A DNA stretch of 64,000 nucleotides from Takakia lepidozioides (lineage: Eukaryota > Plantae > Bryophyta), in contig CM060731.1 of assembly GCA_030704615.1 (NCBI GenBank), forward strand, positions 80,972,001 to 81,036,000, in the 5' to 3' direction. Below, piece by piece: positions 13,985 to 30,240 of this stretch (its first letter is position 1; every line of letters begins with the position of its first letter). The translations under genes were made by a program, and so were the position numbers. The notes under the pieces were generated by a model. That model ran no database searches and was not told the DNA's origin. It saw nothing but the letters and a program-made list of their open reading frames with translations.

Positions 13985-15643
13985 ACCTTTTGCCTCGGTT
14001 GTCCCACCATCGACTGGGGTCAGAAAAGTATTCATTCCACAGCTTCTCCTCATCTCTGTTACCTGTTTCTGGATACTTTCCTGTTGTAACATTGGCAGTA
14101 TCGTATCAAAGTCACTCCAAACTAGATTCACTCAACCAGGTAACTTGCAGAATTCAACATGGAAACTTAGGGCCGATTCTGATAAGAGGGAAAACAGGGT
14201 GAAATGTGTTGGAGAAAGTGCCTTCATTAGCAGTGCCTGATTTTATCAATTGTGCCGCTGCTGCTGCGGCTTCCAGTTGACCATCTACCCATGCAGGTTT
14301 CTTGTAGCTATCCTTCCACATGGGATCATAGGAAACCTGGAGCTTGCCCGGCCCTCTTGGATGAATCTGGACCTCTATCCCTGGTCCTTCAGCTATCCCT
14401 GCCTGTGTACAAATCATGAATACATCCTCAGCCTTGCTGCTAGCAGTAGACACTGATTGCGTGAAGTTCTTCCAGCAAACACCCCAACCCTACTTATTAC
14501 AGTAGTTGCAATTCTGAATTGCATCTGCTTCTCTCTGTAGTCCAACAGGCATTCACCTTTTTGTCTCCATTGTCCCACCATTGACTGGGGTCAGAAAAGT
14601 GTTCATTCCAAAGCTTCTCCTCATCTCTGTTATTTGTTTTTGGATACTTTCCTGCTGCCACATCGTCAGTAACTTGTCAAAGTCACTCCAAACCACCACA
14701 GATCCACCCAACGAGCTAACTTACAGAATTCAATATGCATCTCAGGGCCGAGTCTGATGAGAGGGCAAAACAGGCAGAAATAGGTCGAAGAAGAAGGTGC
14801 CCTCGTCACATTGTCCTTGACCTTGTTTCATTACCCATGGAGGATTTAACCGACCATCAACCCAAAAAGGACCTCTTGTGTGTGCTGCTTGTGTCTGTAG
14901 CTTGTGTCTGCACGGTGCAGCTGAGCAGGCAGAGATTGAAACACGGCCTGCTAAGACCAAGCTGACTCTCCCAAGAACCTTGTAAACATCAGGAAGAATA
15001 CCAAATCATGGTAATCACGACACTGCTGTCACATCCGGGTCACTAGCCCTATAATCTTACTCTGACAAAGAGCCTGGTGGAAGGAGAACAACGTTGTTGT
15101 TGACGATTACACTCACGTTTCTCGAGATTCGCATTTATGCCCACAAAGTGAATCCCTAGCTGGGTCCTGGAGCACTCCGCGCAAAAGGCTACCAGAATGT
15201 ACCTTTCTTGAGTCTCCCTGCAGGCTGAGGAGGCGTCACAACCATCACTTGCAAGGGTCTCGGGCGCGGCGTTGCCAAGGTGGACGCCGGGTTCAGCTCC
15301 ACGGCCCGGTCCATTAATCTGCTGCACGTACTAACAGGAGCCGAGAGCCCACATTTGCAGGATGGACAAACTTAATGTCGGATTGGTATGTGAGAACCAC
15401 CACGGTACAGCTGAGCAGGCAGAGACTGAAACACGGCCTGCTAAGACCAAGCTGACTCTCCCAAGAACCTTGTAAACATCGGGAAGAATAGCAAATCGTG
15501 GTGCTAACAGGAGCCAAGATCCCACATTTGCAGGATGGACAAACTTCGTCACATCGTACATTAAGAAAAAGCCACACCTTGCGATTGCGGTTGTCCCACC
15601 ATCGTGCAAATTCCAGTTGTGAGAGCTCCTGCAGTGTACTCAT
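13985..15643 (-). pseudogene. Degenerate intron-containing gene with tandem OSB/PTAC9-type PDF motifs
   Basis: Three half-motifs each end at a GT donor: EFARWWDNRNRK (~15578-15615), DEEKLWNEHFSDPSQWWDNGDKK (~14558-14625) and DEEKLWNEYFSDPSRWWDNRGK (~13988-14054). Second halves: HTQEVLWVDGRLNPPWV (~14832-14885, frameshifted) and IHPRGP...DSYKKPAWVDGQL (~14273-14367). Confidence 0.6.
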
Positions 15644-16348
15644 AATCTGCCAAGGTCTCCATCTGTGCGATCGGTGTGTGAAACAAATCCCTCCGCGCTC
15701 AAGGATGCGGGGACGTCATCGTCCCTTCCCCGGGCTGCAGTTATTTTCGGGCTTTGGGCAGGTTCCAAGTTCCAACACAGACGACGATGACGTGGCAATG
15801 ATGACGTGGTGAAGATGACTTGCCACTATGGCACCCTATATTTGCTCTACGATAAAAGTATTTGACGATGATGACGTGGCGACGATGACTTGGCACTATG
15901 GCACCCTATATCTGCTCTACGCTAAACTAGTCTCCGACCTTCTGTCGTCGCTGGAATTTATTTATACGGATATGTAAGCTATTCTAGCTTTTCCTCTTGA
16001 GCCTATGGTCTCTCGTCCTTCAGTATTATTAAGCTATGGCTGTTACTCAGCTGCCCAATCGTTGTTTTTGCAGAAGCTGCCAAGATCACCGGACTTCAGA
16101 CATAAGCACACATATGACATCCTTTGATAGAGGATTGGATGCACCCTCCTTGGGTGACAACAGAGATAGCAGCTATTATACAAGGTCAAACACAATTCTG
16201 CACTGATTTTGCACAGCATGGAGCTCCCACCCAAGTATATGGCAGGATTGCCTCAGGCACCATTTTTTGAATCAGGCACCTCCACCTTGAACACATGTTT
16301 CGAAAGCCCAAGAGAGGGTCCACAAGTACTTGTCTGCTATGTGTGTGG
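15428..16348 (-). repeat. Inverted segmental duplication, copy 2 (lacks the SINE)
   Basis: Reverse complement of 7782-8967 without the 8156-8405 insert. Confidence 0.9.
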
Positions 16349-17532
16349 TCCTAGAATTGTGACCCCTTATTTATGTGTTTGGATTTAGGAACATGCCCAA
16401 GTGTTCTGCAATTGAGAGGATGGGGAGAGGGAGGTGAACAGATGAAATAAATATGGTAGTAAGCTTGGGTTGTGATGGATTCAGACTGGTCTGGATGTTG
16501 CAGTGGATTAGTTTTTGATCTGCTTGCTTGTCTTGCAGTATATGTGCGGCGTAAAGAGTAGATGAGTGTAGATATTGCATGAGTTGTGTGGATGTGAGCC
16601 TTCTTCTATTCACAAAGATCATGGTCAGTAGTCCACATCAGTGGAAAAGGCTCTTTTCCGTGGTAGCTGTGTAACTGGCTCTGCAGGGGCCTGTACTTGT
16701 TATGAAGAACTGGCTTTGCAAGGGACCAAGTCTGTATAATGTACAAATCAATGGAAGACAGCTACGCTCCACAACTCTATTGCAGTGACTACAGCACTAG
16801 AGATTTGTGCAGAGATCTCTTGCTTATGTTGGTCATGATGGAAATTGATGGAAAGTTTTTGTAAGCCTATAGATCATGGCAGAGAAAGTAGATTGGAAGA
16901 AGATATGATGAGAAGGGAAGATGAGAAAAAGGACTTTATGCAATCAGTACTGCCAGAACCCACACTTTTCTCACAAGGAAGCTTTGCAAGAGTCATAAGC
17001 ACCATCAGTGCTGCTGCTTACATGGCAGCACATCATTTGCTTACAAAAATCAGATGGCAATTCGGTTAAGCAACAATTGTTAAATCTTCATGTGTTTTTT
17101 CTCTTGGTTCACCTTTACTGAGATCCTAGGGGTGAGAGAATAGATTGTTTAATTGCCTGAGGGTTCCCACAAGGACCATACATCTATATCGACCCTTATT
17201 AGTCGAATCTGATAGCCATGGCATCCACCATATTCAAGTCTGTGATGATCAATGCACTTATTAGACTGTTGCTAAGAATTCTCTTATAGAGGAGTGTCCA
17301 CCTCATCTGTGGGAAAATTTTCCAGGAGTGATGGATGCTCTCCTCATTGCCTGATGACATAACATCTACAAAAATTAAAACCTGCTGAGTGATTCTTAAG
17401 CCCTGTGCGTCCTTCTTCTCACCGCCGCATGACAGCAGACACCAAAGAGTGGGAGGGAAACTCGTGCCTCCTACATTAAATAATCACCTGAATGGTTGAG
17501 GTGATCCATTGTAGCATGACACCTGCTGGGGT

Positions 17533-22250
<4,718 letters not shown>

Positions 22251-22576
22251 CTCCCCTTACAACACTTCCTCTGCACACATGAGCCAACGGTAGTAAAAAT
22301 CTGCGGGGACAGGGTCAACCAGTACTGTAGATCTACGGATCTACAGAGAGAAACAGAGAGAGAGAGAGATCAATATCGTAAGCTTTGCGTCAATGAACTG
22401 ATTCGCTGGGCACACCTTGGCATGCCGGTACTAAAAGACCTTTGCCTACGCATGCCTGCAGAAAACACCACAAACATCGTACCTTCAAAAGGGATTTATA
22501 AATTCAAAATTTATACTATCATGAAGTTTCGCAACTTCCCTTTCGAAAAATCGTGATATACATCCGACATTCTTAC

Positions 22577-22636
<60 letters not shown>
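22577..22636. repeat. Compound (GT)n(GA)n microsatellite upstream of PAT
   Basis: Read directly from the sequence. Confidence 0.95.
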
Positions 22637-22830
22637 TCAAACCTCTTGACAAAGTACTCCCAGTCACAAGGACAGGACCAGCAGAAAGGCAGGCGGGGGA
22701 AAGAAACAAAATACAGTGGAAAACAACACAAAACTACGCAAGAAAGACTCAAGTCAGAGAAGAAGAAGTGCCCAAATGAAGGGGTGAGAGAAACAAATGG
22801 GTACTCGGGCCGAGTGATCTTGTTGACCCT

Positions 22831-22984
22831 CTAAAGACGATGGCAGAGCACACATATTCTGACTCCACCCCCCAACATTCCCGCACCTGCTGGTCTCAGG
22901 ATTGGCACAAGTCTTCCTAAAGACGATGGCAAAGCACACACATTCTGACTCCCACCCAACATTCCCGCACCTGCTGGTCTCAGA
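22831..22984. repeat. Two-copy tandem repeat with ~86 bp period
   Basis: ctaaagacgatggca...cattcccgcacctgctggtctcag occurs twice. Confidence 0.85.
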
Positions 22985-25159
22985 ACTGGGCCGAGTCTTA
23001 GGTCTTCACATTCTCGGTTGGTGAAGTCATCCATACTTCGAATGATACTCGGAGAGGGGCTAACACTATGATTGGGACACTAACTTAGTCCTTCCATAGG
23101 TTACGCTTGCCGAAGCAAGAGTCTTGCCTTTTTCTTCTTTTTTCTTTTCTTGGGGACTGACTTAGGTAGTGCTAGCAATCAAGGAAAGGTCATAAGGAAA
23201 GGCAGCCCCATGTCTGTTCAAGAATGCCGGTTGCAGGTCTGCGGTCAACGAATGGACATGAGAGAACAGAAAGTGACAGTCCAAAGTGGGACCCAATACA
23301 GCATAAAACAAACCCACATCATCACACACTTCCACTAAATCTTTGCTTATTGCCAGTCACATGCTCTAAGAGAGCAGGGCACTGGTGAAGCCTGAAAGCA
23401 GGCAGGTCACAAAGCTCTCGTGATCTAGTCAGGCAGAATTCCCAGAGAGGCATACCAGGTATTTAGTCAAGTCTCTCACACATGCTCTACAAAGGCCAAA
23501 ATTGCATGGAATAAGGAGCAGCCAATGAAGTGGGAGAGTTGGGGTTTAATTGAGGGTGACTTGTGTGGAATAATGCCAATGTTTGATTCTACTGGCGACT
23601 GAAGGTTGGAGACTAGTTTTGGTGTAGAGCGGGGATAGGTGCAATAGCGCCATGTCATCATCAGCCCCTTATCGGCGTCATTTTTTAAAGCTACCCAAAA
23701 AGAAAAAGAAAAATGAATTTTGAAAATAGTTATCTTTGCCATGTATGGTCATTGTCAACAACATCATCATCGTCATCTTTAAGCTGCCTGAGAAAAAAAA
23801 ATTAAAAATATTTTTTACGAATATGTTCTAATATTACTCCCTTCTTTTCTTTTGTTTCTTCACACATCCAAATGTAAATGTTAGAGCACTTCTATACATT
23901 AGTTATGATAAAACCATCAAATAGAAATCAATCCAGTTTACTTATGTTTTGAAACCAACGTAAGTACAACCCTTTAGTTTTATGGTGAGCAAGTTTCAAA
24001 TTACTAATATATACTATAGTACATATATATTAAAATAATAACTAGGGTAGCATGTGCCGTTGGTCAAAGTGTCTAATGTCATCCAAGTCAAGTGCTGGTA
24101 TATAGGGTTAACCTGGGTATCAATAGTGGGTATCAACCTGGTATGAGAGAACCTACCAGGCGGGTAGGTGATGGCCACAATACCGAGGATAGACCAGTGT
24201 TACCCTATTTCGGGCTGCCACCCTACCATACTCATATTGATACATCTCGTGAATGCAGAGCGTGATACCAGCTTCAAAGACCCCGATTGAATCCTGGGTA
24301 GGGTCTTGCAATATACTAACATACATTCTACGGAAGGGTGACGGCTGTGTAGAGAGAACCTTTGGGTGGCCTCCGCGTGAGCCTGGCCGCATGAGCGTGT
24401 AAGCGCAGCCAGGCTCACGCCACGTGAGCAATTCCCGCCACGTTGGTTCTTGCCAGCGTAGTTCACGCCACATCATTCTCATAGGCACAAACCTATAACC
24501 ACGGACAGAACAGCGTGAAGGGGCCCTATAGCCGCAGACTTGAGCATTCGGCACATAGGGAACCATATTTGGGCGATGAGAAGAAGTGCAGAACAATGAA
24601 TGTTGCTGAATGATTGTGTTTGGAGAAAAATATAAGTGGGCATCGTGCAAGGCTACAGACATTCTATCACATGTGAACTTGCACGCTCACCAAACTTCGG
24701 CGCTCACTCACACTGGGAAGATAGTCTGCCTCTCTGTAAATACGGACTTCTTTTCGCTTCACATTCCTCACAAGGGATCTGAAGTGAAAGGGAGTCTGCA
24801 TGTGCACATATGCTAGCCTTGTTCCGCAACCTTGTCAACAGCCCATGCACAGAAGCTCAGAGGGTTTATGAGGCAAGAATATCTCAGTATGAGGCCATTG
24901 GTTTCTACTCCAATCAATCAAAAAGTCACGATTCCTTAGTCCGCACAAAAGCCTTTTCTTAGAGCAAAACCCTCTCCTCAACATGTTTTTGTTTTTGTTT
25001 TATTTGTTTTATTTGTTTTTTAAAAATAAATAACCCCCCCACCTTGGTTGGTTAGAAAAACAATGTACGGCGCCGCACACTGTTTTTCCAACCAACAAAG
25101 GGGTGGGGAGGGGGGATTAAAAAATAAATAAATAAAAAATCCAACCAGAATGGGGGAAA

Positions 25160-25724
25160 GCAGTGTGCGACGTCGCACACCCTTTCTACCCATTGAAAAA
25201 CATCGAACCCGGGACCCAATCAAGCTCATAGAGAAGGTTCCATGGAGTGTTGAAGGGGATAGACAAGAATGCACCCATGGTCTGCAGCGCCACACACCAT
25301 TTAAGCTTCCTCTGAATGTGTGGTTTGAGTGGAAGGGTAGGAATGGAGGCTGCTATTTGGGGTTCATAACATTGTACGGTGGATTCTTGCTTGAAGACAT
25401 CGAATGGATGCGAATGGATCTCATTTCATTTTTGGTTCGTCAGTTGTGGTTTTCTGGTTTCATGTTTTGATGAACGAATGGCTGGTACGACGCCCGGGCG
25501 TCGCACTTTCAAAAACTTTAAAAAAACCCAACTATTGCGATGCGACGGCGTTGCCGGAGGCACCTAACGTTATTGGCGACGCTGCGTCGTCGCAGCGGCA
25601 ACCGTGTCACCTACCCGACATGACCGATGACAGACGGGCATCGCAAGTCATCCCGCGATGCCTCCGTCGCGGGCTATTTGGGGCCACGACGGACGGGCGT
25701 TAATGCCCCTCTTTTGCAGTAGTG
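25160..25724. mobile_element. Probable CACTA (En/Spm) transposon end
   Basis: Ends in TTTTGCAGTAGTG (reverse complement CACTACTGCAAAA), preceded by many CGTCGC/GCGACG subterminal-like motifs. No matching second end found. Confidence 0.45.
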
Positions 25725-26362
25725 GTATTAGGCATTCTTTTTATGCCCATTATAAGAATGTGAATGCCCAACCAGGCCCTCAATTCGCTCAAAGACAGAG
25801 GTTACCACAATTTGCCCCCCTTCAGTTTCTCTTTGCTATTCATGGTCTTGGCATAAAGGTTTGTCATGGCACAGATCTTGCGCATTACAGTGACAAACTA
25901 GAACAAATTGAAAAACTCAACATGACTTCATCATCACCCAAAGGCATATTCAGACCGTCTCACCACCTAACCATTTTACGTCGTCTATCAATTCATAGCA
26001 TAAAGAGTTCCACATGTCATCCCTAAATATCTCAACTGGTGGCCACGATTCCCAATCATCCCCCGTTTCATCTTGACCCACATCCCTAGCAGCATTCCCA
26101 ATATCCACCACAAAGTCCCACATGTTGGGATCCCCAAAAGCCATGGGATCAGCCCGAGCATCCTCTACATCAGAATCTGAACTTGCGTCCACAATCTGTA
26201 TCGTGCACTGGTGCATCTACACCTAACCGAAGCATGTCACTAGCAATGCATGACACAGTGGGTTCATCCGAATCAACAATGCAATAAAGTTGTGAGGATA
26301 ATATGGTATGGACACTGAGTGCCCCAAAAAAGGATATCAGCCAATTTTCTCTGGCGTTTAGA

Positions 26363-28542
26363 ATGTCCCAAGAGACCTCAATCACGGTACCAAAAGCCCA
26401 TTTGGGAGCATTGGAGGAGGAAGGCAAGTCCTCCACATGCAATTCAACGACCCGCAGCTTTACAGTAGAAACCCTGCATTTTGCTGGCCCCCCAAGGTCT
26501 TGCAGCAATTTGGGAACTAAAACGTCAGCATATGGTAGCGTTGTGAGTTCAGTAGCACCGAAGTCATCCAAAAACACAGAGGCGGATAAATTGGAGGCAG
26601 GCACCCATAGTGAACCCTACACGGAACCTGATGAGACTACAAAATACCACCCTGCAACTGGCCGTGACCCAAGTTCATCCTCGACCAAGTCATTTACTAC
26701 TGCGGGAGCCGTGAACTTGGTTTTGCGACTGACAACGTTCGTTTTTTCTCTCATTGCGTTCATTGTTATGGCATCCGACAACGTGACTAATGCTGCTGTG
26801 GGCAGCCTAGACTACGTATATAATCGGAAGCTGACTTTTAGCTCCGTCAAATCTTTTAGGTGAAAACTCTGCACGTTGATTCACTGGGGGGCTCTGCAAT
26901 CTGATAGACTTAAAGGTCCATACATTGGCGAACAGTTGCTGAACAGCTTGGGGTTTTGTGCACCTGATATTTGGCTCTGTGACGTGCGCACCTCCTAATT
27001 ACCACTCCAGAGTAACTATCACTGGCAGACACTCCACTGCTTGTAGTTTGCACAGCACCTACTTCTGGACTTGGATAAATGTCATCCCGTTTTGAAAGAT
27101 CGAGATTCTACACATTTAAGTGAGAAAGGGAGAGATTGCAGACATTCATTTTCAGTAATTGACTCATCTGTCTGAATGACATATGTATGCGATCAGATAA
27201 ATCAAGGGCCTCAAATACTAACATTTACACGCGTCCAGGAGCTCTCAGTCTGTCATTGTCTCAATCTGATCCGTAACCTGTTGATACGGTTTTTGGGTGT
27301 GGGGTTGCAGCTACATTTTGGCCATCAATGTGATTGTACTTGCCTACTGTATTTTCCAAATCATTCAAACTTCCTGCACACTCATGTCGAACGTCACTTT
27401 ACTACCTTACAGAAGAATTTTGGCTTGTGTCAACTTCATTTTCGACCAGGTAGGTGCCCTGCCTCTTCCCTGCTCATCTCTCCAAGGTTCGTGAACAACC
27501 CCTTCTTACCTTCTCTCTCCCTCGTTCTCTGTAGAGAGTCCATGAGAGCGCGTGGAAAGTTCTAGCTCAGAGAGCGTTTTGAGCCAATGGCGCGATGTCC
27601 TTCTTTGCTCCCACACGAAATTTCAAATTGAACCCATAGTGCATAAGTGCACAACTTAAGTAATCAAGTCATCGCTGAAAACAGGTGAACACTGGCTATG
27701 CTCAGCGATGCACAGGTTTGTTGAACTCCATATTCTGGGCTATGATGAGCCTACAACATACTTAACAAAAGCTAAAGCTAAGGGGATAGACAAGAAGGAA
27801 CAAGAGACGAACGAAATGTGATGTACTTCAGTGCAGAACTTTCTGAAGATCCTGCATCCTCCCTGAATCCAAGAAATTGAATCAATCACAGAGGCATGAT
27901 GTCTTCCTTAAATTAATCCATCAGTCTATAGCTCTAGATTTTTCTTCTTTGCTAATTTGAATCCATGGTTGGTTCGATTAATTAGACCTACCACTTGACA
28001 GTGCCAGTGATTCAGAAGTCAACTCATGTGAACTGACACTCTTTATTTTAACAGCATCGACATTGCTCTTGCCAGACGCCCTGTATAATTTATCCGAGTG
28101 ATTTTCAGCCTTGGTTCCTTGTCCCTGTTCTTAAACAATTTTCAGGAGAATGTGCACATGAAAGTGGAATGTGGCTATGCAATCGAATTTGGTTTATTTC
28201 CCATATCGATGTTTGCCATGCCGATGAAGGGACCATGTTGAAGGTAACAACTCCTTTACTAAGATAGCACTTTGTCCGTGCCCAGGATTGGTTGGCACAG
28301 TACAGGATGATTGTGGGCTGACGTCTGTGCAGATGTTTGCTTATTTACTACTGTCTGCGGGCTCGGCCGGGGCGAGTATAGCAACAGAGATTGATTCCGT
28401 CTGCAAAAAAATTGGGACCGTCGTTAGCTTTTGCAATCAAGCCGATGCAGCCATCGCCATGACCTTCATTGCTTTCCTAGCGATGGCTCTCTCTGCTCTT
28501 CTTTCGAGTTTCCATCTCGCTGTCTTGAGCAGAGACGCATAA
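26363..28542 (+). CDS. CASP-like (CASPL, DUF588) four-TM protein with long N-terminal extension; exons 26363-26859, 27311-27449, 28333-28542
   Basis: LVLRLTTFVFSLIAFIVMA, FS|YILAINVIVLAY, FIFDQ|MFAYLLLSAGSAG, FCNQADAAIAMTFIAF. GT-AG junctions keep the frame. The start could instead be 26303. Confidence 0.85.
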
Positions 28543-29229
28543 TAATTGGTTTGGATGACCAATAAGCAGCTTTCTTAATTGTTTAGTTCACTGGGGAGTT
28601 GCTCAGGAACCCCTCAGGAATGTGAGGGAACGCTCGATCTCTACCGCAAGAAGACCGACATAAATCAACATTTGGGTCCGAAGAGAATCCGTAACGATAG
28701 CGATAGCTACTTTGAAGATATGGAGATTCACAAGCAACTTTGGTGTAGCATCACCAACCAAGGCAAGCTACTTTCACTATCCCCTCCCAATTAAGAATTA
28801 CTGTGGCGATGCATTGTCATCTGGGACCATCATGTAGGTACGTAAGATCCTCTATCAATAAGGTGGGCTCTGTCCATTAGAGGATGGTCCAGGAATTAGA
28901 AAGGGGGATACATAGTGAGGCATGGAGGGATTTGAAGAAATAACCCAAGTTGTGTAAGGGGGTCCAAAAGAAGACGGTAGAAAGGCGACAGCTATAAATG
29001 GAGGATGGGCAATGCACGTGAACTTGTGGGCTGCAACATGTGTCAATTGTTCTAGAAAACTACATGCACTGTGATGGGTGGTATGGAACGCGTGGTATGG
29101 AACACCGGTTGCAGGGAGATCAGGTTGCAGCGAGAGTGTGCCATACGAAGAAGGCGATAGCGAGATGGCGATCCTGAAGGTGATAGCGCTAAGGAGAGGA
29201 GCTGCGCAGGATGAAGAGAATATTCAAGC

Positions 29230-30090
29230 AAGGAAACGGAATGAACAAAGGAGGAAGCCTGTCATATGCAAAACGGAGGACAAATTTTTGGAGGCTAGTG
29301 CGACGATAGGTGTTGGAGGAGCAGATGTCGCTAAAGATTGCCTTGCAAAGATGGAGACGTTTTTGCAAGAAGCTTGTATGGTTGGACTGTGCGTGTTGGG
29401 AAAATGTAGCACGAGAGAGATGACTCCGGTCTAAGGACCGGCGTAACTAAGAGCCACTTCGCCTTGCGGCTAATGGCCCCTTTCGGGGGTGGGCACGATT
29501 CTACATCTACATTTGCAAATGGTTTGTCAGGTATATACTTCAAGTACTCAAATGTTAAACATGCTCATTAAAAAAAAATTGGGATGGGTAGATCCACAAA
29601 GTGCGCCTCCCGGTCATCTGGTTCATTGCAAATTATTGAGAGACAGGGGTCTTCACACATTTGCTGGCATGGTGGGCTATTGTCTCAAAGACATCGATGA
29701 ACCACATTTTTGGTTTGTGCATAAAGGTATTGTTGCTGAGGAGATGCAACAGGACATGGATGAATATGTAAAATTCGGTGCTTTTGCCACAAAAAACCAG
29801 GTCTACCTCTCGCACCACTATATGTTGGAGCGTGCACAGATGTGGCATAAACATAGATATGGCATAAGCACATCATGCCTAGACAGCTCTCGACTACTCT
29901 CCCTACAGTTATAGGGCAGTTATTCTTCACAATCCTAAGATCTGGGCAGTTATATCCTGGAGCAGGGTGGGTGGTTCTGTTCAAAAATAGTGGCATGGAT
30001 TACGAAAGATCCACATCCATTTGAAAATCTATGGTTTCACCACAGGAGCTCAGCATGGTTGATATAGCCAGAATTTTCTTTGAGGGCTCA
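29230..30090 (+). mobile_element. Replitron-like HUH endonuclease (Rep) pseudogene
   Basis: SATIGVGGADV...CVL[insert]GGTILHLHLQMV (HUH at 29504-29512), KKKLGW, GLHTFAGMVGYCLKD..EPHF (candidate catalytic Tyr at ~29678), KNQVYLSH..MLERA. No helicase seen. Frameshifts and stops downstream. Confidence 0.7.
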
Positions 30091-30137
30091 TCTGTTTTTT
30101 CCAAGCTTCCAGACTCGGGGAGTTGCCGAAAAATGCT

Positions 30138-30240
30138 GGTGTCGCGACGCTCTCATCAGACTGTAGTAGTTTGCAAAGGTTGAGTGCTGCGACACTCTCA
30201 TTAGACTGTAGTAGTTTGCAAAGGTTGAGTGCTTCTCATA
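30138..30240. repeat. Two-copy 48 bp tandem repeat
   Basis: ctctcat(c/t)agactgtagtagtttgcaaaggttgagtgct is repeated. Confidence 0.85.

Noticed and set aside
12703-14202. Long plus-strand ORFs (e.g. 268 aa at 12703-13509) and the equivalent minus-strand ORFs at 1732-5220
   Set aside because: They are antisense shadows of the PPR repeats.
14154-14453. Lon protease C-terminal-like resemblance (GPGKLQVS...MWKDS)
   Set aside because: Superficial match with no catalytic motif; better explained as PDF-motif exon pieces plus intron read-through.
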